Assembly (NCBI GenBank): GCA_965216565.1
Contig: OZ244170.1
Span: 1,792,001-1,856,000, forward strand
From: Bythopirellula sp.
GTDB lineage: Bacteria > Planctomycetota > Planctomycetia > Pirellulales > Lacipirellulaceae
Direction: 5' to 3'
Length of the DNA stretch: 64,000 nt
A program made the position numbers and the translations under genes. Below the pieces are notes generated by a model, which was not told where the DNA came from, made no database searches, and worked only from the letters and a program-made list of their open reading frames with translations. Shown here in pieces: positions 1 through 11,038 of this stretch (position 1 is its first letter; each line of letters opens with the position of its first letter).

Positions 1-377
1 CCTTGTTTCAGGAGGATCTCAATCCTCGTGATTCTCGCGATCAAATTGGACCTTTCCTGCAATCTCGGCTGCAGGACGAGGAATTGCGCGAGTTCGCCAA
101 GTCGCTGGTTTTAGGGGTATTGAGAAATCAGGAGGAGTTAGACACACTGCTCGAATCGAAGGCAGACAATTGGTCGCTTGGCAGGATGGCAGCAACTGAC
201 CGTAGTGTCCTTCGCCTGGGTGCATTCGAGATTCGCTATGCAGATACGCCTGAGCGTGTAGCCATCGACGAAGCAGTCGAACTCGCCAAACGCTTCGGCT
301 CGGCCCAATCTTCGCAGTTTGTGAATGGAATTCTAGACAAACTCATCATTCGTGACCAAGAAAAGGATTCGGAGTAA
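1..377 (+). CDS. nusB: Transcription antitermination factor NusB (5'-truncated by window edge)
   Basis: Motifs NWSLGRMAATDRSVLRLG, IDEAVELAKRFG and FVNGILD. Confidence 0.95.
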   Translation, partial: LFQEDLNPRDSRDQIGPFLQSRLQDEELREFAKSLVLGVLRNQEELDTLLESKADNWSLGRMAATDRSVLRLGAFEIRYADTPERVAIDEAVELAKRFGSAQSSQFVNGILDKLIIRDQEKDSE

Positions 378-439
378 CATCGAGCGTGCCAGAGCATGAT
401 TGCGGGCACTAATTCGACCCTCTCCGCGAAACAAAGACC

Positions 440-1378
440 ATGGGATTATTCGATAAATTCAAACGCGGTCTAAATAAAACCGCAAATATTCTAAAAACCG
501 ACGTCCGCGATCTTTTCAAGAGCGAAGGTCGACTGATCGACGATGAATTTCTCGACGAAATGCGAGGGATTTTGTTCAAGACCGATATGGGTTACGAGTC
601 GGTCGAAGAGATAGTAAGCGAAGTCGGCTCTACCATGCGCGGTCGTGTCGTCACATTGGAAGATGTGGTGTCGTCTTGGAAGATAAAGCTCGCAGAACTG
701 ATGGAGCAGGAATCATCGCCTATTCGTTTTGCCGATTCCGGTCCGACTGTCATTATGGTTTGCGGCGTCAATGGTGCTGGTAAGACAACGTCGATCGCTA
801 AGCTGGCTCATCTATTGAAGTCCCAGGGCAAGAGCGTTGTCCTGGGTGCAGGCGATACGTTTCGGGCTGCTGCCGTCGAACAACTTACCATTTGGTCGGA
901 ACGATTGGGCGTTGAGATTGTCACCGGCGAGCAGAATGCTCACCCCGCCTCGGTAGCCTACCGAGCAGTCGAGCATTGCCTGAAAACTGAGGCTGATGTA
1001 TGTATCGTCGATACGGCTGGCAGATTGCAAACGCAGAAAAACTTGATGGCCGAGCTCACCAAGATCCAAGATTCCATCCGCAAGCAGATCCCAGAAGCCC
1101 CACACGAGGTGCTATTGGTCCTGGACGCCACCACGGGGCAAAATGGCATTAGCCAGGCCAACAAATTCACCGAGACGGTCGATTGCACCGGAATCGTACT
1201 AGCCAAACTGGATGGCACGGCCAAGGGCGGCGTGGTGGTGGCCATCCGTCAACAAGTAGGGCTGCCTGTGAAATACGTAGGCGTGGGCGAGAGTCCCGAA
1301 GATTGGGCACTTTTTAATCCCAATGATTTTGTGGACGCACTATTCGATGAGGTAGGCGCCGACGCACCGACTGCCTAG
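440..1378 (+). CDS. ftsY: Signal recognition particle receptor FtsY
   Basis: GVNGAGKTT, DTFRAAA, DTAGR, DATTGQN and KLDGTAKGG motifs of the SRP GTPase. Confidence 0.97.
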   Translation: MGLFDKFKRGLNKTANILKTDVRDLFKSEGRLIDDEFLDEMRGILFKTDMGYESVEEIVSEVGSTMRGRVVTLEDVVSSWKIKLAELMEQESSPIRFADSGPTVIMVCGVNGAGKTTSIAKLAHLLKSQGKSVVLGAGDTFRAAAVEQLTIWSERLGVEIVTGEQNAHPASVAYRAVEHCLKTEADVCIVDTAGRLQTQKNLMAELTKIQDSIRKQIPEAPHEVLLVLDATTGQNGISQANKFTETVDCTGIVLAKLDGTAKGGVVVAIRQQVGLPVKYVGVGESPEDWALFNPNDFVDALFDEVGADAPTA

Positions 1379-1530
1379 CAGCGCGACACTGCCTGTCGAC
1401 TACGTGGGCAGCCCAATCCGATTCGCTCTTTTTGTTCTCTTCAAATCCTTTCTCTAGGATTTTCTAAGTCGCTATAGAGAAGCGTTTTGCGGCCTGTGAA
1501 CGATTTTCAATTCCGCCGAGCCATCGTTCA

Positions 1531-1546
1531 TGGCACGCCACTTGCA
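1531..1546 (+). promoter_or_regulatory. Sigma54 -24/-12 promoter upstream of amtB-glnK
   Basis: TGGCAC-GCCAC-TTGCA is an exact match to TGGCAC-N5-TTGC, upstream of nitrogen-assimilation genes. Confidence 0.85.
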
Positions 1547-1722
1547 TTGACGCAGACCTAACAGGTGTGACCGCCCAGAAGCATTGGGACCCGTGCAACC
1601 GTGGCAGCCACCCCCGAGAAGCGACTAGTTGATTCGCTTCCAGAGTCTAGAAGGCGGACTTCTTTAAGGCGCGAAAGACTCTGCGATTGAATTTCCTTCT
1701 GACATACAAAAAAGGCGTAGTT

Positions 1723-3114
1723 ATGAATTTTTCTCCCACCGATGGGAGCTTTCGCTCCATGTTGGTCGCAACCATCGTGGCAATTGCCATGCTGGCGACT
1801 AGTTCCAGCGTTGTGTTCGCACAAGAGGCACCAAGTGAAACACCTACCATCACAGAAGAGGCTCCCGCAGAAGAAGCAGCTGACCTAGGCGTTGGCTATG
1901 CTTTGGACAATGCCCTGCTATTCCTGGCGGCTGTTCTCGTATTTTTCATGCAGGCTGGTTTTGCCATGGTCGAAGCTGGCTTCAATTCGTCGAAGAATGC
2001 CGTGAATATTCTTTTCAAGAATTCGATGGATATCTGCGTTGGCGTATTGCTGTTCTACTTCATCGGTTTCGGTCTGATGTATCCCGGCAACTACGGAGTT
2101 GATGACATCGCCAATAAATGGTTTGCTTTCGGTGGTGTTGGCCTGGACGGATATGAAGCCGCTGCCGACCGCACGTTTAACCCAGGGGTAGACTGGTTGT
2201 TCCAAGCAGTCTTCGCCGCCACGGCAGCAACCATCGTCTCTGGGGCCGTTGCGGGCCGTATGAAAGTGGCTGGCTACCTGATTTACAGCGCTATCCTCAC
2301 AGGCTTGGTCTACCCGATCAGCGGCATGTGGAAATGGGGTGGTGGACCGCTCAACGACGCAGGGTTTATGGACTTCGCTGGCTCCGCCGTGGTACATGGT
2401 GTGGGTGGCTTCGCCGGACTTGCCGGTGCCATAGTGCTCGGCCCACGATTGGGTCGCTTTGTGAATGGCAAATCGATTCCCATGCCCGGCCACAGTTTGC
2501 CGATCGCCGCGCTGGGCGTATTTATCCTCTGGTTTGGCTGGTACGGATTCAATCCAGGAAGTCAGCTGGCATTTCAATCGACCTCGGACATTGATGCCAC
2601 TATGCATATCGCAGTGACCACTACGCTGGCGGCTGCTTCGGGTGGGCTGGTCGCCACGTTGCTGAGTTGGCTCTTGTTTGGCAAGCCAGACCTCTCGATG
2701 GGCCTCAATGGTATCCTCGGCGGATTAGTCGGAATCACGGCCTGCTGCGATGTGATGACGTTCAACCAAGCCGCTCTCATCATTGGACCAGTGGCTGGTG
2801 CCCTGATCATTGGTGGGGTCCTATTACTGGACAAGTTACAGATTGACGATCCTGTTGGTGCGTTTCCCGTACACGGCTTATGCGGTGTCTGGGGTTGCCT
2901 TTCGATTGGCATCTTGCACTCAGACGTGGCCTCGTTTGCCGTGCAGCTCAAGGGCACGTTGATGATCTGCGGATGGTCGTTCTTCACCATGCTGGGGCTA
3001 TTCTTTGCCCTGAAGGCCGTGGGTGTGCTGAGAGTGACTGAATCCGAAGAGCAAAAGGGCTTGGATGTCAGCGAACATGGCATGCAGGCCTATGGTGGAG
3101 TTGCTCCCGCCTAA
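1723..3114 (+). CDS. amtB: Ammonium transporter with N-terminal signal peptide
   Basis: FFMQAGFAMVE, DFAGSAVVH, LWFGWYGFN and DDPVGAFPVH motifs; ATG 1723 preferred over TTG 1687. Confidence 0.96.
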   Translation: MNFSPTDGSFRSMLVATIVAIAMLATSSSVVFAQEAPSETPTITEEAPAEEAADLGVGYALDNALLFLAAVLVFFMQAGFAMVEAGFNSSKNAVNILFKNSMDICVGVLLFYFIGFGLMYPGNYGVDDIANKWFAFGGVGLDGYEAAADRTFNPGVDWLFQAVFAATAATIVSGAVAGRMKVAGYLIYSAILTGLVYPISGMWKWGGGPLNDAGFMDFAGSAVVHGVGGFAGLAGAIVLGPRLGRFVNGKSIPMPGHSLPIAALGVFILWFGWYGFNPGSQLAFQSTSDIDATMHIAVTTTLAAASGGLVATLLSWLLFGKPDLSMGLNGILGGLVGITACCDVMTFNQAALIIGPVAGALIIGGVLLLDKLQIDDPVGAFPVHGLCGVWGCLSIGILHSDVASFAVQLKGTLMICGWSFFTMLGLFFALKAVGVLRVTESEEQKGLDVSEHGMQAYGGVAPA

Positions 3115-3130
3115 GCGAAAGTCCCGATCC

Positions 3131-3196
3131 AGAAGGATACCCTCGAGCCTGGGATGGGAATGCCGCCTATTCCCGCCTGGGCCGGGGTATCCTTCT
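3131..3196 (+). terminator. Long intergenic stem-loop between amtB and glnK (terminator or mRNA stabiliser)
   Basis: AGAAGGATACCC...GGGTATCCTTCT perfect 12 bp outer stem with inner GGGAAT/ATTCCC, followed by a T-rich tract. Confidence 0.5.
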
Positions 3197-3314
3197 ATTT
3201 AGTATTGTTCTATTTCGCATTGTGGTAGTCGGATTGCGGATTTACGATGATCTGTTACAAGTGACTCTGTTCACGTGACACTGCTCCCCGACACCCAAAT
3301 CCTGATCCCTCTCC

Positions 3315-3662
3315 ATGAAGCTAATCATTGCCATTATCCAGCCCAGCAAGCTGGAAGACGTAAAAGCCGCGCTCAGCAAGGTGGAAGTAGTGCGACTGAC
3401 GATCATGGATGTGCAAGGGTTCGGACGTCAGAAAGGGCAGACAGAAGTTTACCGCGGCCGCGAGATCACAGTGAATCTGCTGCGAAAAGTACAGCTTCAG
3501 ATTGCCGTTAACGACGACTTCGTGGAACCCACGATTGATGCGATCGTAGAGGGCGGACGGAGCGGCGACTCGGGCCAAATCGGCGACGGCAAAATCTTCG
3601 TCCTGCCGATGGACGATTGCATCAGAATCCGCACCGGCGAACGCGGCTCAGACGCTATTTAA
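3315..3662 (+). CDS. glnK: Nitrogen regulatory protein P-II
   Basis: GFGRQKG, T-loop EVYRG and GDGKIFV motifs; linked to amtB. Confidence 0.93.
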   Translation: MKLIIAIIQPSKLEDVKAALSKVEVVRLTIMDVQGFGRQKGQTEVYRGREITVNLLRKVQLQIAVNDDFVEPTIDAIVEGGRSGDSGQIGDGKIFVLPMDDCIRIRTGERGSDAI

Positions 3663-3846
3663 CTCGCCAAGCGTAGGGCAGGGGCCGCACCTGCAAATGT
3701 AACCCATTGGTCCAGGCGAGGTGGGTCACTCTTCCGCCGGAGTCTCAGGCGAAAATCTGCCGAAATGAAGTTCACTTTTGGTAGTTTCTAGACCTGTCTT
3801 TATCCTGCACAAGCCGATGAAGCTGAGGTAGTTAAGTCACCGCAAT

Positions 3847-4043
3847 ACGCCGTAGGCGTTACATACCGTAGCCCAGGGTTGCGGCGCAGTCGCTACCCTG
3901 GGTATGTAAAGGCTCTAAAATATACCCTGAAAGGGTTTCACAAAGTGTACAACCCTTTCAGGGTAGAGATGATGTCGATTAAGACCCAGGGTAGATCGCA
4001 TCGCGATCAACCCTGGGCTACGGTATGTATCCCCTTCGGGGAA
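3847..4043. repeat. REP/REPIN-like composite palindromic element
   Basis: TACATACCGTAGCCCAGGGTTG (3860-3881) is inverted at 4008-4029; TACCCTGAAAGGGTT (3923-3937) is inverted at 3951-3965; internal CCCAGGG/CCCTGGG hairpins. Confidence 0.8.
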
Positions 4044-4207
4044 TGCCCGGGCGTGAAACACCGAGGCACATTCGGAGTGCAGAGTTGAGAATAGTTCTTG
4101 CTCAATTCTCAGGCTCGGGCTCAGGGACAAAATAGAAATATTGTGCTTTTACTTTTTGTAGCAGCATCTCTGTTTTTCATCCTTACGCACTTTCATCCTC
4201 GGATAGC

Positions 4208-4483
4208 TCAGTTCGCTATTAACATTCCATCCAAGCCTTTTCTGTTGGCTGATGATTGGATTGCCCTTCCAAAATCTAGGGCGATGGGGGCGTTGGCTGG
4301 CTGCTGACGCAAACCAAACAGTGGCCGATTCGGCATATCCTCTGTCAAGAAATCCCAGCCCAAGGCCTTTGTGATCGGCAAATCAACATGCATTTTGTCT
4401 GACGCATTGGAACTATTGTTGCTTGCAATTGCTGTCATGCTGGGACAAACCAACAAGGCGAGAAGAGCTAGAAATCTTAACAT
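4208..4483 (-). CDS. Small hypothetical secreted protein (91 aa)
   Basis: ATG at 4483 with GAAAGGAG RBS; signal-peptide-like MLRFLALLALLVCPSMTAIA. Confidence 0.6.
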   Translation of the reverse strand: MLRFLALLALLVCPSMTAIASNNSSNASDKMHVDLPITKALGWDFLTEDMPNRPLFGLRQQPANAPIALDFGRAIQSSANRKGLDGMLIAN

Positions 4484-4702
4484 TACGGGGCTCCTTTCAA
4501 TCTGAACGATAGACAACTTATACGGGAAGGTACGAAGATACCCTACAGACGCCTAGTTCAATCTAGCTTGTCTAGAAATGTGCAAGCAAAGCTACAAGAC
4601 TTGTAGTCAGATTAGCCCGAAGAACTCCTCAGACAAAATCCATTCTTGCATGCATAAGACTAGCCGCGATCTGATAGATCGCCGGAGCGAAGGGGATGAG
4701 CC

Positions 4703-5122
4703 CTACTTCGCCTTGCGTGCCACACGAATCTGAGCACGGGCCTGGGAGAGTTGACGATCGCGGATGGCTAATTGATCGGCTCCAGCCACTCTTCGAGAAA
4801 GGACTTCGGCGAGTTGTTGCTCTGCTGTTTCGCCGTCAACCGTGGCAGCAGGCACGGCGCGGTTAGTCAGCACCGAGACTAGATTGTCCGCCACTTGAAC
4901 AAATCCACCGTCAACGTAGTAGCTGGAACTCTCTTCTCCATTGGTGATCCGCATCTCACCATAACCTAGCCGACCAATCATCGGGCTATGGTGCAAGCCG
5001 ATGCCAACTTCACCATCGAATAGCGGCAAAGCCACAAATGTCGCTTCACCTTCGAGGACAGTCTCTTCGGGCGTTACGACAATGCACTGTAGCGATTTGT
5101 TTGAATTACCTGATGTGGCCAT
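4703..5122 (-). CDS. atpC: ATP synthase epsilon subunit
   Basis: IVVTPEE, GEVGIGLHHSPMI and VDGGFVQV motifs; last gene of the atp operon. Confidence 0.95.
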   Translation of the reverse strand: MATSGNSNKSLQCIVVTPEETVLEGEATFVALPLFDGEVGIGLHHSPMIGRLGYGEMRITNGEESSSYYVDGGFVQVADNLVSVLTNRAVPAATVDGETAEQQLAEVLSRRVAGADQLAIRDRQLSQARAQIRVARKAK

Positions 5123-5183
5123 CGTTTTGTTCTTTCATCGCCAGTCCGCTGATTGCCAACAGCCATCAGCCGGCAGCCGAATT

Positions 5184-6656
<1,473 letters not shown>

Positions 6657-6693
6657 CTAATAAGGAATAACTTGTTGTCTTTGATTGATAAAT

Positions 6694-7575
6694 CTAACTT
6701 AGGGCCTCGACACCACCGATGACGTCCATCAGTTCGGACGTGATACGACTTTGACGGGCACGGTTGTATTGCATGCTAAGGTCTTTGATCAGCTCTCCAG
6801 CATTTTCTGTAGCGGCCTTCATTGCCACCATGCGGGCGATTTGCTCGCTCACCGCGGAATCAAGGAAGCACTTGAACAGCTTCACTTTAAAGCTAGTCGG
6901 CACGACCTCTTCCAAAATGCTCTCCGGAGAGGGCAGAAATTCGTACTGGGTGGAGGATCCGGAGGTTGCGTCCGCAGAGTCTTCCGCACCAAGTGAACCC
7001 AAGGGCAGCAAGGTTTCCACTGTCAATTCTTGTCGCGAGATGCTGACGAACTTCGTGTAGACGATGTCCAACCGATCGAGCTTCCCCGTCGTGTAATCGT
7101 CGAGGTATCGTGTTGCAATCTCATCGACCTCGTCGAAGGCCGGCTTGTCCTCAAAGTGCGTGAATTGACGATCAACTTCGACACTGCGGTACCCAAACCC
7201 AGAGATACCTTTCTTGCCAGAAATCTCGACATCGACGTCCGATAGCTCAGACTTCAGTTCGTCGTACCGCGACAGACCTGCACGTATCAAAGTACCGTTG
7301 AAGCCACTGCAAAAACCGCGGTTGGCGGTCAGCACTAACAGACGTCCCCGTTCTGGCTTATCCCGCGACTCCAGCAGCGGATGGCTCACTTGCAAACCAG
7401 ACTGTGTTAAGTCGGCGACTAATTGAGTCATGCGATCCGTATACGAAGTAGCCGCCGATGCGCGATCCATCGCTTTCTTGAATCGTGCCGTGGCGATCAG
7501 CTCCATGGTGCGCGTAATCCGACGCATATTGCGAATCGACTTGCGACGCTTATCAAGTTCTTTTGGATTAGGCAT
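6694..7575 (-). CDS. atpG: ATP synthase gamma subunit
   Basis: ITRTMELIATAR, RGFCSGFN, ARMVAM and YNRARQSRITSEL motifs. Confidence 0.98.
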   Translation of the reverse strand: MPNPKELDKRRKSIRNMRRITRTMELIATARFKKAMDRASAATSYTDRMTQLVADLTQSGLQVSHPLLESRDKPERGRLLVLTANRGFCSGFNGTLIRAGLSRYDELKSELSDVDVEISGKKGISGFGYRSVEVDRQFTHFEDKPAFDEVDEIATRYLDDYTTGKLDRLDIVYTKFVSISRQELTVETLLPLGSLGAEDSADATSGSSTQYEFLPSPESILEEVVPTSFKVKLFKCFLDSAVSEQIARMVAMKAATENAGELIKDLSMQYNRARQSRITSELMDVIGGVEALS

Positions 7576-7659
7576 AATCTAGGTGGAAATCAAAGTGTCT
7601 TTGTGTCTGAGGTTTCTTCGGTGCTTCAAAGCCGCGCGATCCGACGGATCGCCAGTGCG

Positions 7660-9219
7660 TTAGGCCACTGCGGGTTCAGACTCTTCTGAGGACTTAGAAG
7701 CCGTATCGTCACCTGATTGGAACTGAGCTGAAAACTCTTCAATCGAGGCTTCGATTTTTGAAATCAGATCGTCGTCCAAATCTTGCTTTTCAACCAGTTC
7801 ATTACGGACCTCAGACTTCTGATCTTTCATGAAAGTGAGGAACTTGGCCTCCCAGTCTCGCACGTCTTCGATGGCGACCTGGTCCAAATGACCTCGCGTG
7901 CCGGCGAAAATCACGAATACCTGATCGACTACATCGAGCGGTTGGTACTGCCCTTGTTTCAGCAACTCAACCATGCGATATCCACGATCTAGCTTGGCCT
8001 GAGTATCGGGATCGAGTTCGGTTCCCATCTGCGCGAAAGCTTCCAATTCGCGGAATGCCGCCAAGTCCAAACGCAAACCACCGGCCACCTTCTTCATGGC
8101 CTTAATTTGTGCTGCACCGCCTACACGAGAAACCGAGATACCGGCGTTCATGGCAGGCTTGATTCCTGCAAAGAACAAGTCCGGTTGCAGGTAGATCTGA
8201 CCGTCGGTAATCGAAATCACGTTCGTAGGAATGTAGGCAGATACTTCGCCTTCAAGTGTTTCGATAATGGGAAGCGAGGTAATGGATCCCCCTCCCAAAT
8301 CGTCGGAAAGTTTTGACGACCGTTCCAGCAATCGGCTATGACAGTAAAACACGTCACCAGGGAATGCTTCGCGTCCCGGTGGGCGACGCATCAATAAGGA
8401 TAGCTCGCGATAGGCAACCGCTTGCTTGCTGAGATCATCGTACACAATCAAAGCATGCCCGCCGTTAAACATGTACTCCTCGGCCATTGCTGTGCCGGAG
8501 TAAGGAGCCACATACTGCAATGGGGCGGGATCACTGGCACCGGCAACGATGACGGTAGTGTAGTCCATAGCGCCCGATTCACGCAGCTTTTCCACGACTC
8601 CTGCGACAGTAGATTCTTTCTGTCCCACGGCGACATAGAAGCACTTTACTCCCGAGTCGCGCTGATTGATGATTGCATCGATGGCAATCGCGGTTTTCCC
8701 TGTCTTACGGTCACCAATGATCAGTTCTCGCTGTCCACGTCCGATGGGCGTCATCGCATCGACGGCCTTCACCCCGGTTTGGAGCGGCTCGCAAACAGGC
8801 TGACGCTCGGCGACGCCCGCGGCAATGACTTCCACATTGCGGCGTTTGTTGGTGACGATGGGCCCCTTGCCGTCGAGTGGATTCCCGAGTGGATCGACAA
8901 CGCGTCCGAGCAATTCGTCGCCAACAGGTACGCTCAAGAGCTTGCCCGTACTGCGAACTTCTTCACCTTCGTTAATCTGGAGGTAGTCACCCAGAATGAT
9001 GATACCCACTGAGTTTTCTTCCAAGTTGAACGCCAAGCCGGTCACACCGCTGGCAAACTCAACCATCTCGCTGTACATCACGCCCGACAGGCCATACACC
9101 TGGGCAATACCATCGCCAACTTCCAACACGCGACCGACTTCGCGAACATCGATCTGAGCCGAGTAGTTTTCGATTTCTTTTTGAATTACTGAGGCGATTT
9201 CGTCGCTCTTGAACTTCAT
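7660..9219 (-). CDS. atpA: ATP synthase alpha subunit
   Basis: [17 protein letters not shown] and [15 protein letters not shown] motifs. Confidence 0.99.
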   Translation of the reverse strand: MKFKSDEIASVIQKEIENYSAQIDVREVGRVLEVGDGIAQVYGLSGVMYSEMVEFASGVTGLAFNLEENSVGIIILGDYLQINEGEEVRSTGKLLSVPVGDELLGRVVDPLGNPLDGKGPIVTNKRRNVEVIAAGVAERQPVCEPLQTGVKAVDAMTPIGRGQRELIIGDRKTGKTAIAIDAIINQRDSGVKCFYVAVGQKESTVAGVVEKLRESGAMDYTTVIVAGASDPAPLQYVAPYSGTAMAEEYMFNGGHALIVYDDLSKQAVAYRELSLLMRRPPGREAFPGDVFYCHSRLLERSSKLSDDLGGGSITSLPIIETLEGEVSAYIPTNVISITDGQIYLQPDLFFAGIKPAMNAGISVSRVGGAAQIKAMKKVAGGLRLDLAAFRELEAFAQMGTELDPDTQAKLDRGYRMVELLKQGQYQPLDVVDQVFVIFAGTRGHLDQVAIEDVRDWEAKFLTFMKDQKSEVRNELVEKQDLDDDLISKIEASIEEFSAQFQSGDDTASKSSEESEPAVA

Positions 9220-9263
9220 CGAAGCTCTCCAAATGTATGCACGATTTAATTAATTTAGATTTG

Positions 9264-9890
9264 TTACTTCTCGATGAACTGGTCGGGGTGGCTTTGAATA
9301 GCCTCCACAGCGTGGGCAACCATCGCGGTGCGAGCATGTTCAAAGCTCGTTCGGGCCGAGGCATCGAGAACCTGGTCCCCAATCCGCACCACAAACCCAG
9401 CGATCAGTTCAGGATTGATCACCGTATTGACGACCGGCTCCATATCGAACTTCTTTCGCAGCACTTGTACCATTTCTTCCACAAGCGAATCGCTTGTTTC
9501 CAAAGCAAGCTCAATCTCGACCGGCACCTTGCCACTTCGCTCTTTCCAAAGCTTAGCCACAGAACGAACCACTTGCGGCAAAAGCTCGAGCCGTTCGTGC
9601 GCGGTTAGCACCTTCAAAAAACTAATCGTTGTTTGCGAAAGATTGCCAAACACTCGATCGATTAGTGCTAACTTCTCATCCTGCGAAACCAAGGCTGAGG
9701 AAAGAACCTTTTGGAAATCCGGGAACTTGTCCAGCACTTCCGAGCCGATCGATTCCAGCTCCTCAACAACACTGTCTTCGCCTTCGCCTGCGGCATCGAG
9801 GACAGCCTGCGCATAGACCTTCGACAGCTTTTCGATGTCGACATCGAAAACCGTATCGCGGACTCCATTTTGAGAAGAATCGTTGCTCAT
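9264..9890 (-). CDS. atpH: ATP synthase delta subunit
   Basis: YAQA and PELIAGFVVRIGDQVLDAS motifs; operon position. Confidence 0.93.
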   Translation of the reverse strand: MSNDSSQNGVRDTVFDVDIEKLSKVYAQAVLDAAGEGEDSVVEELESIGSEVLDKFPDFQKVLSSALVSQDEKLALIDRVFGNLSQTTISFLKVLTAHERLELLPQVVRSVAKLWKERSGKVPVEIELALETSDSLVEEMVQVLRKKFDMEPVVNTVINPELIAGFVVRIGDQVLDASARTSFEHARTAMVAHAVEAIQSHPDQFIEK

Positions 9891-9905
9891 CAGTTCTCGC
9901 TAGCC

Positions 9906-10529
9906 CTAGTTCTCACTAGGTTCGGTGACACCCAATTTATCGAGCGCCTCACGCACCAAAGCTGCCTGTCGGTCGGGAGTAATGTCCTGGCGAACTACCT
10001 TTTCGGCCAAGTCGACCGCCAGATTGGCACTAGTTTCGGCTAGCCCCTTCATGGCGTGATCCGCGGCACGTTCGACATCGCGAACAGCCCGATCCCGCTC
10101 AGAATCGGCTGCCTTCTTGGCCTCTTCGAGGATGCTCGCCTTGGTATGCTCGGCATCGCGTCGCGCTTCGTCGAGCAAAGCTCGCACCTCATCCGCCGCA
10201 CCAGCCAACTTGGCTTCATGCTGCGCTAGAAGCTGCTTAGCGTCTTCATGCTTCGCCTCTGCCGCGGCAATGTTGTCTGCAATTCGCTCTTCGCGCTCGA
10301 CGAGAGCAGTGGAAATCACTGGCCAAGCGAACTTACTGAGGATCGCGAACAACAACAGGAACACCACCCCAGTCCAGATGGCCAAGTCGATATCAACGGC
10401 CAATGGATTGGGATTTCCGGTGTGCTCCCCGGCGTGCCCAGCTTCGGCGGCGCACAGGCAGTCGACACAATCAATGTAGACCAACTGAAGTGCAACTGAA
10501 GCCACAAGAAATAGTCGCGCTAGTCTCAT
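9906..10529 (-). CDS. atpF: ATP synthase b subunit
   Basis: TM helix ending KFAWPVI followed by a long A/E-rich coiled coil. Confidence 0.93.
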   Translation of the reverse strand: MRLARLFLVASVALQLVYIDCVDCLCAAEAGHAGEHTGNPNPLAVDIDLAIWTGVVFLLLFAILSKFAWPVISTALVEREERIADNIAAAEAKHEDAKQLLAQHEAKLAGAADEVRALLDEARRDAEHTKASILEEAKKAADSERDRAVRDVERAADHAMKGLAETSANLAVDLAEKVVRQDITPDRQAALVREALDKLGVTEPSEN

Positions 10530-10636
10530 ACTAAACCCTTATTCGCACACCTCGGAAATCCTAGGCCGGCGAGTCGCACTTGACTCTACCGGCCAAAGAG
10601 ACATGAATACTCATTCATGCGGGCAATCCAAGATGT

Positions 10637-10975
10637 CTAAGCCCCATAATTAAACAACATGCAAACGATCAAGGCGAAAAATGTCGCCCCTTCGATCAGA
10701 GCAGCGGAAATAATCATAGCAGTTTGGATGTTGCCGGCGGCCTCAGGTTGACGAGACATACCTTCAACAGCCTGGCCTCCAATGCGACCTATTCCCAGGG
10801 CTGCGCCAATAATAACCAATCCAGCACCAAGAGCCGGACCAAAGTTAAAGCTGTAAGACGGAGCCTTGGCTTCGGCAAGCGCGACTGGATCAGGGGCTTC
10901 TTCCTGGGCAAAAGCGGGTGCTGCTGTGGATAGGACTGCTAAACTTAACACCAATACTTTCATCAATTTAAACAC
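10637..10975 (-). CDS. atpE: ATP synthase c subunit with N-terminal signal-peptide-like extension
   Basis: GxGxG helix, RQPE loop and ALIEG carboxylate; GTG start with AAGGAG RBS at 10986-10991. Confidence 0.95.
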   Translation of the reverse strand: MFKLMKVLVLSLAVLSTAAPAFAQEEAPDPVALAEAKAPSYSFNFGPALGAGLVIIGAALGIGRIGGQAVEGMSRQPEAAGNIQTAMIISAALIEGATFFALIVCMLFNYGA

Positions 10976-11038
10976 GACTTGTTAACTCCTTAGTTTCCAA
11001 TAGTCAGGAAATTGAACCATCGAATACGAAAATCTGAC

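Noticed and set aside
1560..1722. Glutamine (glnA) riboswitch in the amtB leader
   Set aside because: I could not match the conserved core from memory; kept only as an unassigned structured leader
3879..4130. Short ORFs on both strands across the REP-like palindrome
   Set aside because: They arise from the repeat element, with no RBS or domain
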